A stretch of 64,000 bases of DNA, from the IMG/VR virus record IMGVR_UViG_3300025707_000003, positions 1-64,000 of that record. The stretch is one strand, 5' to 3'. A program made the translations under genes and the position numbers. The notes under the pieces are model-generated. The model saw nothing but the letters and a program-made list of their open reading frames with translations. It made no database searches and was not told the origin of the DNA. Origin of the DNA: a virus. Taxonomy: Duplodnaviria > Caudoviricetes. Position 1 is the stretch's first letter, and every line of letters begins with the position of its first letter. This document shows, piece by piece, positions 8,701 to 16,938 of the stretch.

Positions 8701-10592
8701 TGTTGATCTACAGTGATGTTAAGTGTGTCGCTCTGACCTTGAACGAGATAATAAGAAGCAGATCCCTCTGCGAAGAAGATCGCAGGGGTTTCCTCGAAGT
8801 CACCAAACTCAAGAGTGATAGTTTCCCCCACAGGAGTACCACTAGAGAATCGAGTACCGATAAGAGCTTCTGAACCACTTGGGAATTCTACAACTACTTC
8901 GGTAAGATCAATACCCTTAGCGGTAAGTTCAGCTCCGTAGTAAGAGGTAGTACCTGATGTAAGTGTATATGTACCAATACCACTCGCACCAACAGTCTCT
9001 ACTGCCACATTATAAGCATTAAGATCGAAACGATCTTGGAGGATGCTATAGAAGAAGGTCGCAAAGACCTTATGGTTTGTAGGAGGTGCAGTCGCTAGAG
9101 TAATCTGTGAATTAGCTGGGTCAACTCTAGTCACAGTAGCAACAGGATTTTCAAGAGCATCAGCAAATGAAACGCCTGTACGAACTTGGATCAAAGCAGT
9201 GTTAGAGGTTGGGATGCCCGAACCTGTACCGTCAACTGGCTGATAGGGGAGTTTAAAGGTATTCGCAAGAACTCTAGGAGGGATAACGCTAGTGTTCGTA
9301 ACAGGGACACATTCTAGGAGATACCCTTTCTCATCACGAAGAAGGGCAGAAACTTGATTTGAACCAAAAGCAGTATTGCCTGTTTGTGTTTCGCCTAGAG
9401 ATACGATTGAAGCAGTACCCCAAACGATCTTGTCATCACTCAAAACGAAATCTACATCTTGAGTAAACAGAGCGGAAGCACCTCCACCACTTGCAACAAG
9501 TGAAACACGATCTAGTGATTTAACATCTCGACCAGGAATGAAATCGAACTGATCTTTGAAAGTGTTCTGATAGTAGGAAACGCTTACAGTCGATCCTACT
9601 TTTGGTGGGCTTACAAGAGTAAACGAGCCATTAGCCCCATCAACGGATTCTGCTTGAACTGCAACAGCGTCCACTTTAACGGAGATAAGGTTGACATCAG
9701 TCGTAATCACGCCTCCATTTGAACCATCTACAATAGGTCCTTTTGCTGTGAAGAAGGTACGATTTCTAGCAGTACCTTGTTGATTGGTGTAAATACCAAG
9801 AGCAAGGTTAGAAGTACCCGCCCCCACAACGATTTGACCATCAGCAGAGAGAAGAAGATTTTCTGAACCATCTTGATCTACATAAGTGCTTGCAACGAGT
9901 GAACCGATGGAAGCACCATTGATGATGTTCTCAACTTTATCTAGTGAGTCGGCACGAACTGCCTCAACACCTAAAGTCAAGACTTTAGTCTGACCATCAC
10001 AAGTGAGGATAAGAGTGTTAGTATCGGCTGTGATAACAAAGTTAGAAGCTGAACCTCTGATCTCAGTTTGGAAATCACTAACTTGTGTGGTTAAGACTTC
10101 ATCTTCAACATAAGTGTCTGTACGATTGAAAAAGTAAGAGACTCTTACATCATCACCGAGACTTGGAGCTTCTGCAAGACGGATTTTTCCGTTCGCACCA
10201 TCCACCTCAATGATAACAGTAGCATTTCCATTAATGGTAGCGGATACAGAGCTTGGAGTGTTTGAGTTTGTACCACTCCCATCGCCTGTGACGATAGGGG
10301 AATGTCTTGTATATATTTCTGTCAAGACACCATCGAACTCAGACAACACAAAAGAACCATCAGGATTAGTATCCGAGATCATGCGTCCTGTCGGATCTTC
10401 TTCAACGATCCTTTGATCTATAGTAGAAGAAGATCCCCTTACTAACTCACTACCTGTGACTTGAAAGGTTTGTTTACCGACACCCATGAGGGTGGGTACT
10501 TTACCTTGCAACTGTGCGATATTAGTATTGGTATCTTCAAAAATTGTTCGGGTGTATACACCTGGTGGTGCGTATCCGCCTTCAATAGCCAT
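5799..10592 (-). CDS. contractile tail sheath protein with large insertions (1597 aa)
   Basis: N-terminal PGVY motif; C-terminal sheath domain (ERRAVLG...RICLVYP...GITVL...VRHGLTT...IGTKF...VDVFYKP...YIQFTF). Confidence 0.88.
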   Translation of the reverse strand: MAIEGGYAPPGVYTRTIFEDTNTNIAQLQGKVPTLMGVGKQTFQVTGSELVRGSSSTIDQRIVEEDPTGRMISDTNPDGSFVLSEFDGVLTEIYTRHSPIVTGDGSGTNSNTPSSVSATINGNATVIIEVDGANGKIRLAEAPSLGDDVRVSYFFNRTDTYVEDEVLTTQVSDFQTEIRGSASNFVITADTNTLILTCDGQTKVLTLGVEAVRADSLDKVENIINGASIGSLVASTYVDQDGSENLLLSADGQIVVGAGTSNLALGIYTNQQGTARNRTFFTAKGPIVDGSNGGVITTDVNLISVKVDAVAVQAESVDGANGSFTLVSPPKVGSTVSVSYYQNTFKDQFDFIPGRDVKSLDRVSLVASGGGASALFTQDVDFVLSDDKIVWGTASIVSLGETQTGNTAFGSNQVSALLRDEKGYLLECVPVTNTSVIPPRVLANTFKLPYQPVDGTGSGIPTSNTALIQVRTGVSFADALENPVATVTRVDPANSQITLATAPPTNHKVFATFFYSILQDRFDLNAYNVAVETVGASGIGTYTLTSGTTSYYGAELTAKGIDLTEVVVEFPSGSEALIGTRFSSGTPVGETITLEFGDFEETPAIFFAEGSASYYLVQGQSDTLNITVDQHPVVVLFDEPTGSSRLGHMTHAVGEVLPYTAESNNADLGTAISTSVDLVVDGKALASATVAGDDKTITHLVAEINTQANLVKPVYTAMSPMGAWTASNVGVADAYRKFTFQYTGNANAGQTFANCTIDAGNYVLVADLVAKVQAAIDLQIAAVGGAYANLDITVGSDSSNRLTFELTTLPVADAYGYIEFTSAGGDFLDVAGIDFAAAIGGTQTKVGILPVATKVSTALGGGALRDRLILRNRTFIGNKYYSPVDLGLSVTTGTNLDLMGISPTLNVISTRTSVLDNPSLRLTVGWDEISNDTYIPSKKFYDGTGAEDANQVLSLTIDGTPVSVTMTANGAGTDLDIQDIVTLLNHGVDGLLTATAHVEGQYIRIVSDTNTTTSYIKVGAGTANTAFGLTEGTVVATKGLSAQSLSDALMSSLEAGGALSLALFSVDQTGGDVTKFGTNAVALIHTDAVGKQYLGFESLEAGVDSILDVTGGNVATTKGTGLKITTDSGAVGEAAYQGYNLSSNNPKGTGSAGTSTLKDAVGADGRVSQTYVDSVTGFTITILPREGGVAYPTGADATMTFNVSSSLKTNANIAQYAIPGVSLRVTNTLDTAIGDNALVETYYKGGKEPTVGQTYYIDFTRDRSSFNTRTFTNLADVVRTYGEISLENTLSMGAFLAFSNGATALACKQIQLDTGVVSPTEDQMLIAVQQIEGEIVPGLSPSVIVPLMPASTALLSAISNHCDVQSSLRYRSERRAVLGCAVGTQPRDAQALAQATGNSRICLVYPDIANIRFTDSQGVAQSYFVGGEMVAVAVAMATSNPTIDSAEPWTNRVINGFTDLGRILDDVDANTTANAGITVLKQTPQGIQVRHGLTTNMTSVLTKTPTVVQIADDVHLRVRNLCNRYIGTKFVPNTISQIEGRVNGLFKQLVRDQIISTYTGLTVATDPNDPTGLLVDVFYKPVFPLLYIQFTFTVQGS

Positions 10593-10597
10593 GAGCT

Positions 10598-11029
10598 TTA
10601 CTCCTTAGTTGAGGATGATCTTTGTTGTTCTAATTTGTTCATTCCGTTTTGACGGGTCTCACGAAAAACCTTTGCAGGATCGGGCAAAGAGTCGTATGAC
10701 CCATCGGGTAATCTCATTATGTCATCCCCAGAGTCTCCTGTGGAATGTAAGATGTCCCATTTATCCCGATTTCTCCTATAAACTATATCCCACTTAGCTT
10801 GTGCGTCCTCACCTATCACTCGATCATAGTCCATATCAAAAGACTCGATACCCGAATCTTGTACTCGCATGGATTGAGAGACATCAGCTTGGAAACCTAC
10901 TGTGAGATTAGGGGAACCTTCAGCAAATGCACTTTCCCCACAAGAACAAGAAATAGTATCTGTTCCTCTGGAGACTCTCTTGCGTTGTGAGTAACCACAA
11001 CTTGTACATTGAAACTTTAGGATAGGCAT
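10598..11029 (-). CDS. FmdB-type zinc-ribbon protein in the sheath operon
   Basis: MPILKFQCTSCG...CSCG; class B promoter at 11063. Confidence 0.65.
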   Translation of the reverse strand: MPILKFQCTSCGYSQRKRVSRGTDTISCSCGESAFAEGSPNLTVGFQADVSQSMRVQDSGIESFDMDYDRVIGEDAQAKWDIVYRRNRDKWDILHSTGDSGDDIMRLPDGSYDSLPDPAKVFRETRQNGMNKLEQQRSSSTKE

Positions 11030-11074
11030 AAAATAGACCCTTTCTCTTGTATATGATGTTTCATAAATAAACTA

Positions 11075-12181
11075 TTAAAGAAGCCTCTGTAAGAAATCTG
11101 TATCAGATCCTATCCCAGCTAAGGGAGAAGTGATGATTTCCTTAACTGGCACAACGCCTTCTAAGTTATACCTCAACAGGGGTATAACCAACGGAAAGTG
11201 AACAAACCAATCCGCCTGTATGGATAAACTCATACTCGCAGTAAAAAAATAATCATCTGCATTGTCGTCATACACTTCTTCACCCTCTCCCCCCAAACTC
11301 ACATCCGAAACCTCAAGACCAAGATTGGCGAGCTTAGGTCGTAAACTAGCCCAGAGCCACACCACTGTTCGGTCTGCTATGTCTGCTTGTGAATGAACAT
11401 CTCTAGTCACTAAGTCAATATCAACGCTTATATCCCAACGACCACCATACTCGTGATATGTTGCTTGCTGGGCATCCTCAACCACAATGATCTGTTCATC
11501 ACCATCTTCTACCCAACGACCAACTGCGATCAAACAACCTGGAATGATTTCTCTATACACTTGGTCTGGCCAAACGATATAAGGGGAGGGTGCGTCAGCC
11601 TCTTTATATGTATATTGTGCTCTCAGACTTAACCCTCTAGGAACTTCTTCGGTCAAAGTCACATTCGTACCATTACGAACATACTCTGTAGACTCCAATA
11701 ATCTACCCGATGGATCTTCAATCAACCTAAAAGAGTTCGCCAAAGGTTCTTCAAGTAGTTCTATCGTTGTGGGGTCAGTGAAGATCAAGATATCTTCTTT
11801 TTGGTACTGATAAACATCTTGTGTGATGACATAGTTATTGGGATCTGTTCCAGGTGCTTTGGTGAACTTGAAATGATAAACCCCTTTTCTCGGAGTCTCA
11901 AAAGTAGACTCTCTCACCCACTCTATTGAGGTACTTTTCTTACCTAAAACACTCGCTAGAACAACTGACCCTTTTACGGTAGCGATAAAGTTATCAGGGC
12001 TTAAAACTACATTACTAGCACCACCTGTTTTGACCACCATGCCAAATTGAGGTCGCTCCTCAAAGGCATATTTACCTTGTATATTTTTCGCCAGTGTTGT
12101 GTATCGAGGATGGTCTTGCCAATACTCTTGTAACTCTTTGATCATTCTATCTCTAACAGCTAATGTTAAATGGTGAAACAT
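11075..12181 (-). CDS. probable virion structural protein (tail completion/terminator-like)
   Basis: Class B promoter and position upstream of the sheath gene; function inferred from context only. Confidence 0.45.
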   Translation of the reverse strand: MFHHLTLAVRDRMIKELQEYWQDHPRYTTLAKNIQGKYAFEERPQFGMVVKTGGASNVVLSPDNFIATVKGSVVLASVLGKKSTSIEWVRESTFETPRKGVYHFKFTKAPGTDPNNYVITQDVYQYQKEDILIFTDPTTIELLEEPLANSFRLIEDPSGRLLESTEYVRNGTNVTLTEEVPRGLSLRAQYTYKEADAPSPYIVWPDQVYREIIPGCLIAVGRWVEDGDEQIIVVEDAQQATYHEYGGRWDISVDIDLVTRDVHSQADIADRTVVWLWASLRPKLANLGLEVSDVSLGGEGEEVYDDNADDYFFTASMSLSIQADWFVHFPLVIPLLRYNLEGVVPVKEIITSPLAGIGSDTDFLQRLL

Positions 12182-12240
12182 ATTTAGCCCTCCTTATATG
12201 GTATGGTTAGTTATAAACAAATAATCGAAAGGTTAGGGAG

Positions 12241-12726
12241 ATGTGGAGAAGAGGGTCGAAAAAGATCATCGAATATGACTGTATCATCCAGTTCCTAAAA
12301 GAAGCATCTCAATACGAACATGAGATTATTTTAGGGACTGATAGTCAACCTTTCAATTCTGGTACTTTCTTAGCCACAGCTATCGCAGTCCTCTGTGAGA
12401 ATAAACAATACCACTGCCGATACTTCTATAAGCAACATGAGAATAGACCAATACACCATAATCTTTATGAACGAGTCTTCTCTGAAGTAGATACAACACT
12501 TAAAGTAGCCTCTAAAATAAGAGACTTAATACCGAACGCAAATATCTCAATCCATCTCGATGTCAGCAACGAGAGTACAACCCACAGAACGGGTCGCTTC
12601 TCAAGATCCCTAGTCGCTATGGTGCGTGGTTATGGGTATGAGAATGTAGAAGTCAAGCCAGACGCATGGTGTGCTTCTGGGTTAGCTGATCGACATACCA
12701 AGCGTATCCCATCAGGGTTGAGATGA
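12241..12726 (+). CDS. RNase H-fold protein (DUF458-like)
   Basis: IILGTDSQ...IHLD...VKP.AW.AS..AD pattern. Confidence 0.75.
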   Translation: MWRRGSKKIIEYDCIIQFLKEASQYEHEIILGTDSQPFNSGTFLATAIAVLCENKQYHCRYFYKQHENRPIHHNLYERVFSEVDTTLKVASKIRDLIPNANISIHLDVSNESTTHRTGRFSRSLVAMVRGYGYENVEVKPDAWCASGLADRHTKRIPSGLR

Positions 12727-12803
12727 CACCTTAGTCGTTATAATCCACATTGATTAGAGGCAATTTACACTTAATCATATTTAACCTTTATTTGTCTTAT
12801 ATA

Positions 12804-13211
12804 TCACCAATCTATATCTTCACTTGACCAAACCACATCGCCTTCCTCATCTACATCGTACTCGGCAAGGGATACCCTTGTGGAGTAGTAGCCATTTGAA
12901 GAACCGTACCATCGGATCGTCACAGACCCCTTGATAGTAGCAAGTTCATAAAAGGTATACATGAGATCACCATAAGATGACTGTCCGTCCTCTGTACGAA
13001 CCTCTGCACGAAGCAAAGGAGATCCTACGAGATCATTGAGATCACCTATGACATCCTCGACACTGACTGATTCACAACAGTCCTGTCGATGCCAAAGACG
13101 AACAGCTTTGTTCTCTGTCGTGTAGAACCAAAGCTCATCATCGAGTTTGCTTTTGTGTTCTACATTAGAGAGGGTTTTACCTTTTAGTTGTTCGATATTT
13201 TCAAAAGCCAT
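12804..13211 (-). CDS. conserved phage hypothetical protein
   Basis: HxQDCCESV.VEDV.GDL.DL.G.P pattern common in phages; class A promoter. Confidence 0.75.
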   Translation of the reverse strand: MAFENIEQLKGKTLSNVEHKSKLDDELWFYTTENKAVRLWHRQDCCESVSVEDVIGDLNDLVGSPLLRAEVRTEDGQSSYGDLMYTFYELATIKGSVTIRWYGSSNGYYSTRVSLAEYDVDEEGDVVWSSEDIDW

Positions 13212-13288
13212 GTGATTCTCCTTTCAAGAGTATTGGATTATATGATGCTATAAATAAGGGGTTACCTATTTGAATGTGGGGGGGCATT

Positions 13289-13390
13289 CCAACCGATGCC
13301 CTTAAAGTTATAGTCGCCACGCATAATGGCTTCTCTGTCAGCTTCGCAAGCCTCTTGATAGAGAGGGTGCTTACGCTCTTCTTCTTTATC
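13289..13390 (-). pseudogene. start-less gene fragment (DKEEERKHPLYQEACEADREAIMRGDYNFKGIGW) between two class A promoters
   Basis: Protein-like frame preceded by an in-frame TGA; no RBS; bounded by motif copies at 13250 and 13393. Confidence 0.4.
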
Positions 13391-13408
13391 TCATAGATAA
13401 GGGGTTAC

Positions 13409-13636
13409 TTAGTGTACTCGACCTAGAAAGTGGCTTCTACCGAACCGAAGAACCACTCCATCTTCCCAAGCCGATGTAGGGAGTTGCTCAAGAGCAACTT
13501 TCCACATAGAGCGAGTCTTGTTCTGATCTCGTCTTCGGTTAGCTTCTTGTGAAGCAGGTGATGACCAACGAGAGTGCCAAGACTTAGGCTCTCCACCCTC
13601 ATAAGCTGGTTTACGATGATTATGTGTTCGAGACAT
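13409..13636 (-). CDS. small basic hypothetical protein
   Basis: AAGGAGA RBS; class A promoter at 13678. Confidence 0.7.
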   Translation of the reverse strand: MSRTHNHRKPAYEGGEPKSWHSRWSSPASQEANRRRDQNKTRSMWKVALEQLPTSAWEDGVVLRFGRSHFLGRVH

Positions 13637-13749
13637 CTTGTTCTCCTTGTTAGAGTTAGTGTTGATGACATTAGTCTATAAATAAGGGGTTACGCTTTGT
13701 TATAGTTTATTTATAGTACACACTATAACAAAGAACAGGAGTTATCGTA

Positions 13750-13893
13750 ATGCCTTATACATATGCTAAACCTCGCTCTGAGGAGGAAAAGAAAGAGATT
13801 ACGCCACTTGTCGTAGATCTCATTAACATGAGTCAAAAGGCTATTGACGCTTGGAAGAAAAACACACTAAAAAGAAAGCAAGTTCAAATATGA
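13750..13893 (+). CDS. 47-aa ORF (MPYTYAKPRSEEE...), coupled to or frameshifted into the next gene
   Basis: Class B promoter and CAGGAG RBS; its TGA overlaps the next ATG (ATGA). Confidence 0.5.
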   Translation: MPYTYAKPRSEEEKKEITPLVVDLINMSQKAIDAWKKNTLKRKQVQI

Positions 13894-14885
13894 AAAATCG
13901 TACAGCAAGTATTCACAATGTGTTGGTTGCACACCAACAAAACCAAATGATCCGTAGGGCTATTCTAGCCACAGGTAAGTCTAAAGAGTTTGAGCGTATG
14001 CGTAGAGTGTATTCCATGATCTTAAATGATGGAAAAACAGCTTATGCAGGAACAATGGATGACGCTATGGATCAACTCGATAATCCAGAAGTGAGAAACA
14101 CTGTCGGATTAGGTTACATTACAGAAATAACCAATAAGTTCAAAGAGAAGTTAAAAGGCATTAACAAAGGCGAGATTGATCTTGTTGCTAATGTTCTAAA
14201 GTCACGAGGACTCACTAAAAAACTCCACACTCTAGTCGATGCAGGGGTGCGACCTAAAACAGAGTATGAACGACTAATCGCAGATCGACTACAAAAAGTA
14301 GGAGACTTCAGTTCAACACTCAAAATGATGGGTTTATTGATTTCTGCCCGCACACCTAAACAAGTCGCTAAAGTTGCAAATGTTGGTGTAGATGAGTTAA
14401 GAGATATGATGGGTATTGATAAAAATGATGTTACCCTAACTAACTGGGCAGTAACTAAGTTTAGCGATCTCAATCAGTATGTAGCAGGTCTACCAGACAC
14501 TCAGTTAATCGTGGTTAAAGTTGGGATCACAATCCTCAAGACAGCCGCTATCGCTCTCTTAATGAAAACAGCTTTAGCTACAGTTGGACTAGGTATCGTA
14601 AAAGTGATTGGGATTGTTCTTTTAATCTGTCTCATTACAGATACAAAAGCGACAGCTCAAATCATCCGTAAACTAGGTGTCTCTTTTGCTACCGTTGGAG
14701 TGGGTGTACTTAAAGACCTCACTAAAGGGTTCAAGTTCCTTAAAGGTCTAGGTACAAGCATATTTGAAGGAGGGAAGTCTCTCTTTAAGAAAATCTTTAG
14801 AAGAGCCGCAGTTCAACAAATCCAACAAATGCTTCGTGAGAATGAAAGATTCAAACGAAGATATCTATACGCTCAGTTGGGGTAA
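13890..14885 (+). CDS. hypothetical basic protein with a hydrophobic C-terminal segment; probable internal virion protein
   Basis: ATG at 13890; hydrophobic stretch LIVVKVG...IVLLICLI; transcription unit has a class B promoter. Confidence 0.65.
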   Translation: MKNRTASIHNVLVAHQQNQMIRRAILATGKSKEFERMRRVYSMILNDGKTAYAGTMDDAMDQLDNPEVRNTVGLGYITEITNKFKEKLKGINKGEIDLVANVLKSRGLTKKLHTLVDAGVRPKTEYERLIADRLQKVGDFSSTLKMMGLLISARTPKQVAKVANVGVDELRDMMGIDKNDVTLTNWAVTKFSDLNQYVAGLPDTQLIVVKVGITILKTAAIALLMKTALATVGLGIVKVIGIVLLICLITDTKATAQIIRKLGVSFATVGVGVLKDLTKGFKFLKGLGTSIFEGGKSLFKKIFRRAAVQQIQQMLRENERFKRRYLYAQLG

Positions 14886-14890
14886 CGATT

Positions 14891-16288
14891 ATGTGTATCA
14901 TAGGTGCGGGTAAATATTCTAATAGCAACTGTCTTGTTAAAGTACGAGATCGGAACTATGTACCAGCGATCAAGATCATTCGTGAGTTAGTCAATGGGGT
15001 AGAGGTTGCTTATCTTTATGATATTGATACCGACTGGTCTGAGGGTGTTAATGAATATGGAATTGGAGTTGTTTCTTCCGCACTACGAGTCATTGATGAC
15101 GAAGTAGTGAAAAAAGAAAAGTCAAGAGCAGATGATGGTATTCGTATTCGCAAGATACTCGCACATGATAATGTATCATGTGCTGTGAATGAGGCTGTTC
15201 GTAATGGTATGTCGGGACACTGCTTTATTTCAGACCCAAACCAAATCATTACTTTTGAACCACAACCAGAAGATGGAAATCACTGGATCAAGTTTCTTGA
15301 TCTAAAGAATAAAGAAATCGCTATCCGTACCAATCATGGAGTAGACACAAAAGGTACAGGATACACAAAAGGCCCAGACTTTGTTTCTTCAAAGTATAGA
15401 CATCAACAAGCTAAAAGATGGTTAAGTCAATGTAAAAATAAAAATGACATTGCACTAAGCCTTACTAGAAGAAGGCTCAAAGACTACAAGAACCCGAACA
15501 ATATGATTCGTGACCTTGATGATGGAATGATGACCACATCACTAGCAGTTATTGACTCTAGTGAGTGTTGTATGAAAACCTACTTGATTCCAGGTAAAGT
15601 GGATTTCTGTGGCATTGAAAACAGACTACCTAAAGGATATAAACCAAAGGTAAAACTAGAGTTCTACGAATATTACAACTGGAACCGAAGAAGTCCTTCT
15701 GTAAGACTCCTTGAGAACAAAGATCTTAACTCTCTAAGGGTCTTTGTCTATGGTTCACTTATGGGAGATATTCCCTACCCAGAACTTTTGATCTCAAAGA
15801 CTGTGGCGACAAACAAATCTTACAGTCGTAAGTTCAACAGATACAGCGACAATCGTGGACACTATGTATGTGGCACTGTGCCTGGTGGATCTATGGAAGG
15901 ACTATTGCTTCAATATCCTATGAGTGTAGCGTCAAAAGTTCTAAAAAAGATGGATCAGAGAGAAGGTTATCGTGCTGATCGTGATGAAGAGATCAACTCT
16001 TATTTAAGAGTTCCTGTTCGTGTATACACAGACAAAGTCCCTGATGGTGTCCGATCTGTGATCTACATTACAAATGAAAGCGGAACTGGATACAATGGTG
16101 AGTTTTCTATAAGGGAGATGGCTAAAAATCTTATCAAAGGTAAAGGTCATAAGTATCTCAAAGATATAGTAAATGCCCTTGATGATAACGGGTGTGTTGA
16201 CGATTACCTCAACTCTCTATATGCAAAGTGTCTTGAATACAAAGAAAAAGGTATTGAACAAGTTGAAGATCAACTTGGATTGAAATAG
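14891..16288 (+). CDS. Ntn-hydrolase (N-terminal Cys) fused to a ChaC/GGCT-like domain, paralog 1
   Basis: MCII...VRDRNY, EGVNEYGI, RTNHG; C-terminal VFVYGSLM...DQREGY. Confidence 0.72.
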   Translation: MCIIGAGKYSNSNCLVKVRDRNYVPAIKIIRELVNGVEVAYLYDIDTDWSEGVNEYGIGVVSSALRVIDDEVVKKEKSRADDGIRIRKILAHDNVSCAVNEAVRNGMSGHCFISDPNQIITFEPQPEDGNHWIKFLDLKNKEIAIRTNHGVDTKGTGYTKGPDFVSSKYRHQQAKRWLSQCKNKNDIALSLTRRRLKDYKNPNNMIRDLDDGMMTTSLAVIDSSECCMKTYLIPGKVDFCGIENRLPKGYKPKVKLEFYEYYNWNRRSPSVRLLENKDLNSLRVFVYGSLMGDIPYPELLISKTVATNKSYSRKFNRYSDNRGHYVCGTVPGGSMEGLLLQYPMSVASKVLKKMDQREGYRADRDEEINSYLRVPVRVYTDKVPDGVRSVIYITNESGTGYNGEFSIREMAKNLIKGKGHKYLKDIVNALDDNGCVDDYLNSLYAKCLEYKEKGIEQVEDQLGLK

Positions 16289-16296
16289 GAGTTAAA

Positions 16297-16857
16297 ATGT
16301 TCTCATATCTTCTTGGTATTATTAGTGTATGTGTACCGCTATTTTTAATACCAAGACCTGTTCGTGTATACTGTGACAGTGTTTTAGACATTATAGGATA
16401 TGAAGAAGAAATGAGAAGCTTTAGTACAAATATAGATGGAATAAGATACGCTTGGGATGTTGAGAAGCTATGGGCTAAATTTGATACCCTTGATGCAATT
16501 GAGTGGGAGATTCCAGAATCATTCAAAGACGAATGGTCATGGGGTCAGTCACACCCCTCTGAACACATAGAGCGTTGCTTAGAAGCCGACCTCTCATATC
16601 CTATTTTAATATGGGATGGTGAGATCATTGATGGCACTCACAGAACAATAAAAGCTCTCGCTCAAAACAAAACAACAATAAAAGCAAAGATCATTACCAA
16701 CATCCCTACACCAGATGAAGAAACCAACTTAGAACCCATCGAGTCTAATAAAGGAATCTCTTGGACACATGGGGATATGGTAAGGATCACTATGTCTATT
16801 ATGGAATATGAGATGATGAAAGAATACAAGTTTCGTCATCCCATAGATGGTATGTGA
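16297..16857 (+). CDS. ParB/Srx-like domain protein
   Basis: ADLSYPILI...IIDGTHR; start may be at 16411. Confidence 0.55.
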   Translation: MFSYLLGIISVCVPLFLIPRPVRVYCDSVLDIIGYEEEMRSFSTNIDGIRYAWDVEKLWAKFDTLDAIEWEIPESFKDEWSWGQSHPSEHIERCLEADLSYPILIWDGEIIDGTHRTIKALAQNKTTIKAKIITNIPTPDEETNLEPIESNKGISWTHGDMVRITMSIMEYEMMKEYKFRHPIDGM

Positions 16858-16938
16858 ATGTCATTTGAAGCAGTAATCTTATAAATCGTTTATTGTGTAG
16901 TATGATGTAAAGAACACCACCTTTAAGGAGAGTACATC

